Shown here one piece after another: positions 42,401-53,900 of a DNA stretch of 64,000 nt; within the stretch, counting starts at the first letter, position 1; the number at the start of each line of letters is the position of its first letter. Source of the DNA: Ophelia neglecta (lineage: Eukaryota); contig OZ260661.1 in NCBI GenBank assembly GCA_965285935.1, positions 35,340,001-35,404,000 on the forward strand. Reading direction: 5' to 3'. The notes under the pieces were generated by a model. The model saw only the letters and a list, made by a program, of their open reading frames with translations, made no database searches and was not told the origin of the DNA. Both the position numbers and the translations under genes were made by a program.

Positions 42401-45400
42401 GTATGAGTTGGCGGGTCGAGCTACCAAGGGTATAAATAGGGGAAGAAAATTGATAAATATGCATGCTTCTAAATGGCTCATTCAAACTATGGGACATAAA
42501 TAAATAAAAAGTACTTACCTTAGTTTTTTAATATAATGTAGAATGTAGCTGTGGTATGTGCGGTGTGTAAATTTACAATAGAGCCTCTCATTTTTAAAAT
42601 GTGAGTTTCCCCTTTCAAAAGACATCTAGTAATCAACCAGAAATATGGACAAGTTTGTATTAACAACGGAAAGGTTAAATTGGCCAATGAGGATGCTTTG
42701 GGCATCTGCCTTTAAGTAAAACTACATTTTTGGAGGGGTGTGTGTGGTTTATTTGGTGATGCATGATGGGACAACATAATTTCCGACATGGACGATCCTC
42801 ATGTTTAGTTAATATCTCTGGTCTCTCAAAGATTAAATAACATATATTAACGTGATAAAAATAAACAGGCAAGCTGGTTTAAAGTTTAACTGTTATTAAT
42901 CGGTTAATATTAAAGACATAAAATGGCAAATTAACCACAAACGGAAGTCAAATGAATTTGTTTGTTTACTTAATGTTGCATGCTTTCATTCCAGGCTCCA
43001 TTTGGTTATTTTTCCGAATATTGTTTAGCGTGAGATTCTTGTTTAATCCTCGTGCGAAACCAATCCAATTATTTAATTTACATATTAACACAAGACTTCG
43101 TGATACAAATTTTAATGCAACAGGTTCAACAATAACGCTCTTTTGTTCGCTCTTTTGTTCCATTGCCACCACGGTTAGGCAGAACAGCGACTCTAGGCTA
43201 TTCTTTATTTAATATAATTGGTAAGTGCGACATTGAACACTAGCTTGGAGAATGTTACGTTTATGAGCCTAGTTCAAAGCATGATCACATTCCTATGGGA
43301 CAACTATTCTTTCACAATTAACTATCCCCCCAGTTTGTCTTTACGAGGCAATCATAGATACCAAATCAGTCCAATTCCTGCCGCGATTACGCAATTTCCT
43401 TTATCAAATTGAGGGCTGACTGCACCTGCGGTGTGTGTAAGGTAAGCCTATAATATTATGTAGGCGATATGTACATGGGGCCAACGAAGAGCGTTCTAGA
43501 AAGTAACTTTAACTTCCTGTGAAACAATGTTATATTGCTTAGTCATGTCGTAGACATAATTTGGAGGGAGAATGCTGCGTGTCAAGGTACGACACTAACA
43601 ATAACGTAGACTTCGCACCATGCTTTACAAATGTGACATGCAAGAAAATGTATATGATAAAAGAGACAAGCTCTGTGAGACAGAAAGTGACAGATATACA
43701 CATGAAGTACTATGTTGCATTATGAATTGATGTTTTCTTGTTTTAAAATGATATTTTGATGGTCTATTAATATCGGTAGGGTGTGACTACAGGGAAACTT
43801 CCCTTAAACACTACCTCTATATTAGGACCACATTTTAATTCAAACCATTTATACAAAGGCTATAATATACAATTTCAATGTAAAATAACCTGTCTAGTCT
43901 AAACAAAGCAACTCCATAATCAGATTTGGATTTTTTGGCGGGGGGGATGGGGGGGGGGGCAAAGGGGGGGGTCTTAACGACACATAGGCACCATGTGGGC
44001 CATTTCGTGTCTTAAATTGGGTATAATTTATCATTTATTGTACTGTCAATTCTATTTACATGGGGACAATAGTAAACAGTAAGCGGTTATTGAGCTCCAT
44101 TTTATAAAAATCTTCTAGGTGGATGGGTCAGATGTTTTTTCTTACTTAAAAGTGTTAGTAAAGAAAGATAATCCATAATCAGACCATTATTTTCCAACCC
44201 CTTGGAAGGTCCCATTATGCAGGCTTCACAGGGACACTATATGTATATTATGGGGTAAGGGGTACAGTTATTATAATTAATGTTCTTAGGCAGCCCTAGA
44301 TGCATGGCTTCTCTTGCGGATATCTAAGCCTATATAGGCCCATCAGCTCAAATGAGTACCTGGGAGCGCAAAGTCATTTGAAAACATACCCTTTTTACCA
44401 TAAACAATTTGTTTTACCGCTCAGATTCTTAAATGTATGAAACAATACTCTACCGTTAAACAATGTTCTTCCATTAAGTGGCTATCACGTCAACTTTTTA
44501 CTATTTTTAATTCCCAAATGTCATCAAGCTATACGCAGTACATACTACTAACCGATAGAGGAATGTCAAAACGCATTATGTTTAAGCCACCATTAAACGT
44601 TTTATTTTTTAAATGATATTCAGAATATTCGTTCATTATCAAGTCTTATTTCATTTTGAAGACCAGTAACTGTCTAATTATTTGTTAAATTCACACTTTA
44701 ATGACCAATTGACTTGCACAGTATACGCGGCTCTCCAAAGCTACCCTATGTAAACACTGCCATGTGCTCTTCCCTTTTTTACTCCTTTGGTGTCAATGAA
44801 AAGACACGTAAAATAATTCGCCAGAAATGTTATCTTTTTCAAATATATCACAACCTCGCGGTCTACCAATGACCAGACTTGTATTGAAAGTCCAATTTTG
44901 TTCATTATTATTCTCCTTGAGTTCGAAAATTCGGGAAAAAAAGAATACGGATAGTTCCCAACCGAGATACTATGAAAAGTGTACTAAATATTTGGCTATT
45001 TAGGGAAAATATATCATATTTAATCTACATATAGAACCATTGAAATAATTCTGTTTTGCGGACATTCATAATCAGCTGGTATTTACAATGCTATATTTTA
45101 AATGTTAATGTATAGCGCTGATAGCCACGTGGGCAACCTCCGTCTCAAGCACACCACGTGACACACAAAATGGCCTCCCGTTGGTGGAAAAAGATGATTT
45201 CATTTTTTCTTGGCTTTAAACCGATAGTTTATCTAGGGGCATGTCTTTAAAAGTAAGGATTGTTTCGGAAAGTGAAGAACAAATCTAAAACTAATTTTCA
45301 AACCTCGTAATATTGCGATCCTGTACTTCGACTTTAATAAAGAGTTCTAATAAGGCATATACATAAAGAATTTAGTCCTTGGGGCTCTATTATCAATATA

Positions 45401-46836
45401 ACACGTTGGTTACATAGCCCAAAGGCATTCGAGTACCGAAAATAGGTTTATGGGAAGACCAGCAGCAGTCCTCAATCGGACCGTATTTTACTTTCATATA
45501 TATATATATATGGGTTTGCCTATAGGCCCATAGTAGTGTTATATATTATATGGGTGTCCGCTCCGCTCTGGGACAAACCATTATACCTGGCCAGAACGAC
45601 ACTACATGGTCCCCCAGGGCTTATTTCTTTCATGTTAATCGCCAGTAGGTAATCTACTCTTTGGGGTATATTCTCAATATAAATATTAAACATTGTTATC
45701 CTAAGGGCTTTTTCTCGGTGTCTTTCTCTGTTAGTCTTTTATCCTCCAAATTCTTCTTCCTGAACTTATTGCGCCATTAAAACATTTCCCGCATTAATTA
45801 GTTCTCTATGAACTTTGACTACATCTATGTAAAGGCCTATTATCCAAACAATTATAGCTAATTTCAAATACAAAAGATAAACATACAGGACACTTAATTT
45901 GCTATATCATTTAATTGAAAAACAGCTCTTGGACGTTGACAATGGTTACCCCGATTGAGGGTGTTGTGTTCCATTTTAAAATAAATTGCAGTGTACCTAA
46001 TCCAAACACTCAGCTTTTCTCTGTTACTGAGGAGTGTTCCTAGAGGTTTGTTGGTCTGAAATCAAACAATTACTAAATATTCCGACTAAAGTTAGTTAAT
46101 TACTCTTGTACTTTTAAAGTTCGTGCAGCACCTATACTGACGCCTACAGTATGTGGTGTGAAAATTCAGACAAAAATATTCTTTGATGTACAAGAACAAT
46201 TAAGCTATATTAAAGCATCATTTATGAACACTTCCTTGTTCTACCTTCATGTTCGAGCTGACGCCCGAATTTATTATTGACTTTATTTTTGATATTAAAA
46301 GTAATTGTTTTTGTTTCTTTTGAATGTAATTGCAATATAGTTTTGAAAGTACTGAAATGTCGCCTAATGTGAGGAACTAAGTCAGATACCGGGTAAGAGA
46401 TTTTATTGGAAAATTATTCCAAATCAAACCTTAAATCAGCGGTATTTGTGCATGAAATAACCGAAGTGACAAACTTGATATCCTAAGTCGACCTTTCAAA
46501 GAGTTAGACATTGGGGGCCGTGCTATAGGTGGGCATTTGTTCAGTCACAATCTATCTTGAAAACGAACTTTTGGAAAGAGGATGTGAATAGCCAGGTTGG
46601 CGATACATAGGCCTAGCCTATTTGTCAATTCTCGGGACAAAGCACGCGTGCTCTCATGTCAGCTGTGATTTGCGCAGAAAAAGAAAGGGACTGCTCGTGC
46701 AAACACGCTAACGGTGACGATACTGTATTAGTTTATTTGTTTCATTGATATTTCTTGTTAGTATTTCTAATTATAGGCACATTATCGTTTATGCAAAGGT
46801 AATGTCTAATATGTAAGCCTATATTATCACACGTAG

Positions 46837-47032
46837 CAGTGGCGGTCCAGGATTTCAGGAAAGGGGGGGGGGGCAAGGTTGACAAGGCTAATGTCTGGAT
46901 TGTCCCCGTTTCCTACCCTTTGAAACTTCTTTGCGTGGGTCCAGGAATAGGCCCTGGTCCGGCCCCACTTTTTGGCAAAAGTTGGGGGGCTGGCCCCCGA
47001 CCCCCCCCCCCCCTACCCTGAATCAGCCACTG
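46837..47032. mobile_element. CAGTGGCG-type MITE, copy 2
   Basis: cagtggcggtccaggatttcagg...gacaaggctaatgtctggattgtcccc...aatcagccactg; homologous to copies 1 and 3. Confidence 0.85.
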
Positions 47033-47907
47033 AGGAACAAGTAGGCCTATTATGATATTCAACGTAACATACGTGTATTTGGGGTGCTTCTTGCAGTAAT
47101 AGGCGGTAAAGATGTCATATGAACACCGCGTGTACACTATTCACTCTGTTATTGTTAAACACGTGTTCTTCTCGTGGTTAAATATATAATATGATTTGGT
47201 CAGAAGTCGGTTTAACCTGACATGGCTATGCGTGTCCTGTCTGTGTAAAAAAAACATATACTTTCAGGAACTAGCTAGGGGGAGGGATGTAGAAGGGGGT
47301 AGTTTGATGTTTACTATAGGGTATGCTCTCTCTTTCTTTCCCTGTGCATTTTTTCACCTGAAATCTTCCCGAAATTGACTCAGTATAGCTCCAAGTTGTG
47401 CAGGTAGATTTGTGACAAGGAATTAGGAACTAGTATTTGGTCCATTGCCCCCCCCCCCCCTCCCCGACGCCATCGACCGTGGTTAAATATGACTGGGTAA
47501 AAATGCCACATGATCTCCGTTTATACGCAACTCTATCCGGCCTCGAGGTAGACGATGAGGATCAAGGTCCAGGTCTCCCGGCTGTATCAACCTTCACATA
47601 GCCAGTCTACTTCGATCAGGAGGCCTATCTTATCAGGTGTATTAGGAATTTTACGAGATCAAAACCAGACGAGTTATTAAGTCCACTTAGTTAAGTTATA
47701 CGTCTGTGTATTTACTTACGGTGGAATTAATTTCACACAATAAATTTGATAAAAAAGCCCCTTATATTAAAAATCAAGTTTTACGTTCCATTTAGCCTAT
47801 TAGTGGAAAGGACAACATTGAATGTAATATCGCCGATGCCTTTACCCTTTCCGTTGATTGATCGACTTTTATCAAGTTAATCATCAAGATAAGAATTGTC
47901 AGTACGT

Positions 47908-47915
47908 TATAAATA
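47908..47915 (+). promoter_or_regulatory. Candidate TATA box for variable exon A
   Basis: TATAAATA about 80 nt upstream of ATG 47993; AT-rich context, so a chance match is possible. Confidence 0.35.
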
Positions 47916-47992
47916 CGAATGTAAATTACATTAGGCTTGCAAACGATAGATGGCAGGAGGAAGGAGGATTGCTTAAAGAAAATTTTGCCAAG

Positions 47993-50900
47993 ATGGCGGT
48001 TAAAATGTTGGGCATGGAGTTCGTTCCATTCTCTGTTCCATTTGAGCGACGACTACAGACTGCTGCTGTCGTGTTTTACACTAGTAATTTTATGGTTTTG
48101 CCGTTTTTCTTCTGCCTCCTTGCAATATTTTTGCTCTTCACTAAATTTTATTGGCTTTCGCTTGGATATTTCCTCTGGATTTATTATGATACGCGCGTGC
48201 TAAAAAGTTCTCGTGGCGGGAACAGGAGGGTTGAAGCTTTCAGACGTTCAGGATTATGGCGCTATTTCCGGGACTATTTTCCTATATACCTGGTGAAATC
48301 CGCGGACCTTCCTCCGCGCCGCAACTATTTGCTAGGCTACCATCCCCATGGTATCTTCGGCTGTGGTGCTTGGGCCAATTTTGCGACCGAAGCAACTGGG
48401 TTCAACGAGCAGTATCCAGGCATTCGACCTCATCTGGGGACTTTGGAGACGAATTTCATGTTGCCCGTCGTTCGAGAAATTTCGCTGTCTTCTGGTAAGT
48501 TTAACGCCATTGCATCTATTAACATCAAATTTGTCGATTGCAAAATAATATTTCAGACATAAAATGGACACATGAACTGCGAGGCCAAAATCCAAATGCA
48601 CAATAGTGTAAAATTGAAGGGGCTTGAATATATGGGGGTGGGGGTTGGGGGGTTGGGGGGTCGGGGGGGGGATGGCGGAGGCGGGGAGGTCCGCTATTAA
48701 AATGAGAGTGTGGGACGGGCGCCTCCCTCCGGAGAGGGTAGCTCTAGGTGTCGATCGATGTGTGTGTGTGGGGGAGGGGGGGGGGGGGCACCATATTTGG
48801 TTAGCTTTGCTGGAGACCAAAGGGTATGGACAGAGCTTCCACATACAGTCGTACATGAACATAGGTCCCATTCAGCTTTATAAATTCAATGCGCAGCCGC
48901 AGACGTAGAGCTTATTAATAACTTTAGAATGGCTTGACTTTCGAGGGACCGTGTATTGCATTGAGGCCTATGTACAGTCTCTTTTCGAGACTGCCAAGAT
49001 ATCTACTCGATCCAGCACAGGATACACGTATCGTAGCTGTATTCATGAGAGTGTCCGCTCTCAGGGATTTAAATGAACAGTTCTCACATATATGTACGCG
49101 ACATTGTACGTATCAGGGGCATCCTCACATATGACACACTTCTACATGAAGTGGTCTAACAATATCAGCATGCAGTGACCAAAACACAGTGTGTATTGAA
49201 AAGTGTGTTGTTTTCGTTTGGAAAGTAATCACGTTAAGCCTATGATCTGTTGGTCTGGTGTTTGATCAAAGTACAAGAACATGTACACAGGATATACTTG
49301 TATTTCGATCGTCTGTACAGACAGCAGTCACATCACCAGGACTGACTGGGAGCATTTCATTTATCAATAGGCGTATACATGTGTAGTGTAAAATGAAGAA
49401 TCTTCCGGGATTGGAGTTCGTTCCCCTCAGCGTCCCCATGGAGAGGAGGCTGCAGACGGCCAGTGTGGTTTTCTACACTTTGACCTTTGTCCTGTTTCCC
49501 ATTCTGTTCGTTTTGATTCTGTTTATATTGTTTTTCACGCGCCTCTTTTGGGTGCCTCTCGCTTACATAGCATGGATATCATATGACGTCATCGTGGAGG
49601 ATACTTCGAGTCGCGGTGGTAGACGCTTTGAATGGGTTCGTCGTCATTCTATTTGGCGCTTATTTCGGGACTACTTTCCTTTACATCTGATCAAAACAGC
49701 CGAATTACCACCTAGGAAGAACTATATCATTGGATATCATCCCCATGGAATAATGGGATGTGGGGCTTTTGGTAACTTCGCATTTGAGTCCACGGGATTT
49801 AGTAAACTATTTCCAGTCATTCGCCCACATCTTTTGACACTGAAACCTAATTTCCGGCTGCCACTTATTCGCGGCTTTTTATTGTGGAATGGTAAGTTTA
49901 TTACTTATACTAATTTAACACCCTATATGTAATAAGGGAGTATATGTAATGGCCATTAACCTGAGTCTTAAGTTTGCTATGCCTATAAAAGTACGGACTT
50001 GATGACCGTTAGCAATTGATTAACTATTGCTTCGAGCAAGTTGCGCTTGACTCTTAATCTTGAAACTCGATTTATCTACTTTAAGTGCGATTTTTGCACT
50101 CGAAACTCGATACATTGACTCGAAACTGATCATGTTAAAATATGTTTGCGTTATAGTAGGCATGACCAGTATTTAACTGTAAGCTCTCACAGAAACCTCG
50201 GCCACCTTAGTTCTGGATAAGGTTAAGAGTATAAAAATATGTCAAACTGCCTACTTGACTTTATTGTTGGAGAGTTAGTTAATCACAAGGCTGCCGAACT
50301 GTAGACAATTTTGCGTATACGAAGTACCTTAACCTTAACCCTTTACTTGATATATGTTTGGTTTTTAAATATTCTATATAGCCAGGCAAATATGTTAAGC
50401 ATCCCATATTTGTACGACTATTAACACTCTAGCTGGTAGTTTTAAATAGTTTTGTCATACTATATATACTATATATACCCGGGCCATGCACCCAAACTCG
50501 GAAGTGATTTGAATTTTCGCCAAGATATAATTGCGTCCTCGTTACCACGGTAACGGATTGGGTAATTACGATACAGCTTTGTCGTCCTAACTTTTCCGTC
50601 TTTTGAAGTACTAACAATAATATTTTATTTGTTTAATTGACGCCTTCATAGAATAAAGCATATCACTACAGCCATTAGTCATGTATTCCTTGTCTTCTGG
50701 GATTACTATAGGCATACAGGTTCTCGTAGAAACTGATACAAAGGCAAGTTTTATATGTTTGATTCTTATTTTCTTATTTAAATCGGAATAGTGTATGCGT
50801 GTGGGGATTGGGTTTGGGAGGGGCTGGGCATAGATATCCACCACTTCTTGTTTCAATTAAAGGTTAATACAATATGATATATGATATACATAAACTTTCT

Positions 50901-53900
50901 AACGCAAAGCTTAAGCTTAACTCCTCCTTGCAATTTGCGACTAACCTAGGTTGCCACGCATACAGTATATTTAGATATCGTAGTATTTGATATTTTGGCC
51001 CCGTGCAACTTATGTCGAGGAAACAATGAGGGTTTTGGTGGCTTTTTCGGTGGCACTTTCGCCTACTACTACTTGAGTTACGAAATGCTTTCACCGCCCA
51101 TATAAGCTACCGCAATTCAGCAAAATATATTATAGGTAGCAATACAGTCCCCAGATTTATCATGATTCCATCTGTTAAATAAACCTTCTAGACAAATAAT
51201 GATGCCTGCTACCGACCTGTAAATGACAGATATGAAGCGCCTATAAGCCAGGCCATTAATTGATTTCTTTTGGGTGAACTCCGAAAATTTTCTGTTTCCA
51301 TTGCAAGGGATATAAAGAATTACATTTTAACGCAGTCTTATCTTTTGGATATGGCTTTTACGCCTTGTATTACATTTTCAAAGATAAATTTATAAACATT
51401 GAATAACCAAGACATATTACTAACTAGACCTCGCTGCGATACGCAGAAAAACATTTTGTCATTGTTGAATTACTAAGGACTGGGAACAACAAACGGCTGT
51501 TGTCAAATCAAAAGATAAGGTACAGTTTTAGAAGATAATATACATGCTGGCGTGTTTCGCGTATATCAACATTCATGAATTATCAACCTAGATATAAATT
51601 GGACCAAAGTTTGACGTGATAAGTACTGTCGTCTGGTGTCTTCGATTATGGGTCAGGCCTAGTTAAAGCGAAGAATTATACAAGATGGCGGCAACAGGTC
51701 CATGTCGGCTGCCATCATACTAGTAGGTATCGGTCAACATCGACCATAAATAAATAACGTCCATGCTTATAGAATTTATTTATAATCAGTGTATAATGTC
51801 GGCAATGACTCAATTTATATATTTTAACAAAGTATGACGGATTGGGGGTGGGGGGGGGGGGGGTGGGGGGGTGGGGGTGGGGGGTTGCCACATTGTGGAC
51901 AAATTTGCTTGCCCAAGAGCAATTAAAGGGTGTCACCTCCTTACACTAGAAGTCACTAGAAGGTCGGTAGCAGGCATCATTATTCGTCTAGAAGGTTTAT
52001 TTTATAGATGGAATCATGATAAATCTGGGGACTGTATTGCTTTTCATTGCGTGCTTTCATCATCATGTGGACTGTTATATTAGCCTAAATGCAAATTGTA
52101 AACTTGAGTTCTGTATAGGATCGGTAAGTCCGGGAACATGCTTGGTGATATTAAGTTGTGTAGTTAAAGCTTTATTCATATGGGTTACGATGTATGTCTA
52201 CATGACACCTGAAATGATAAATAAACAGTCGTCTTGCCAATTTTTCCGGCGGTCCTCTCCAGAGGGTGCCACTTGCGATTTGACCTCAATACGCTGCCAT
52301 GTTAGATCTGTGTGTATGTACATAGGCCTACATGTATATGCTAAGGCATTATTGATGGAGTTCTATCGATTCGCAAAGTCATGAATTATATATATAAGAC
52401 ATTGTATGACACTTAATGACTCTTAAAATGATGTAGGCATAATACGAAATCCATATAGGTATTCATGGGATTTCTTTTACCAATGACAGCTTTATATCCC
52501 AAACTTTTAAATGTAATTTCACTTGCAGATCAAGGTTTCTCCGAACTTTAATTTACACTGTTCAGTTTCACACGTACACGTAGTTCTTTTTTGTGTGTGT
52601 TATTTTGTTTGCTCCATACAAGGATAAGCCGACATTCCGAATTTCCCGGGCTCAAACACACTACACCCTAATGTGCCCGAGATAATGTGTAGTCTAGATG
52701 TTATTTCGCCTTCCAAAAATGCAATTTTCACCGATAAAAACAGAAATGTATAAGTCTATTTAAAAATAAGCACATGGTCTATAATGTAGGTAAGGACCAA
52801 CCCGTGATCTTCGTTAGCCTTATTTACAAGTCAGTCATCCGAGCTGAAACTAACAGGAATATGAGAAAGAACCCCGTAATTGGCGGCTTTTGGAAGCTGA
52901 TTTAGCCTAGCCTAGGGGTGATTTTATTTTTTCACGTAGTGAGAAAATCTGAAGGTTAGGCTATATTCACGTATTGCACATATAGTCAAATATTGAGATT
53001 TGACTATAATTGATATTAGGGAGAAAACCTTGAGGATTACCGGAAAATGATAGTGATCATACGTTGGCTTAGTTTACTGCCTAAATTCATAGCGAGACTT
53101 TCAAGGAGCAACCGATGTTAAATGCCCCCCCCCCCCCTTCCAGGTGGAGACTATATCCGTTACCGAACAAAATATCCGTACAATAAATATGCGGACGGTA
53201 TAATTGGCTAGGTTAAAATGTCCGCCAGAAAGTTCAAACTGGGACAAGATGTCCAAGGACCAACCTCACAAATACGTCACAGCGTGTCAGTATATTAATA
53301 GAAAAGGGCTATCCTCACGATTCGCATTGTTCAGGTATTCCGGGATCTTGAAAACTTCCCCCGGCAAAGCGGTGAAACTTCGAAGAGCATTTACCTCTGT
53401 TACGAAGGGTACGACGGACGTGGAACTTCGTTAATATCAACAAAGTGAATCAGTCGTACTTTTATTGTGAGGGAACACGTGTTTCTACCCTAGATGGTCG
53501 GAATAGATAGAATACTCAACACAGAATTTTTCGGTTATCTAAAGCTACGCATGGACGCGCTGTATGTGCAGAGGTCACCTATGCTGCTATAGGTTGACCA
53601 ACGGACAGCACCGAAAGTTTTCGATGAGCCATTTTACATTAAAACTAAAACACATGCGGAGCAAACGATGAGAGAATGTTATAAGCGGCTATATCTAATA
53701 ATATTATCACTATATAATCTGATTTTGTTTATCAAAGAAAGAGCATATTGAACACATGATTAACGGTTATCTTTAGCGACACGTTCACGAGTAGGACGAA
53801 CTTTATATTGTAGGTGCAAAGGCCATATGTGCAGGGTTAACAACGGCCCACCCTGAGAATTGACCCTGCACATTAATACACTTGCGGAGAAAACGATGAA

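Noticed and set aside
36409-51890. Numerous poly-G/poly-C tracts as specific G-quadruplex regulators
   Set aside because: They occur throughout the window, often inside repeat fragments, and look like a genome-wide background feature.
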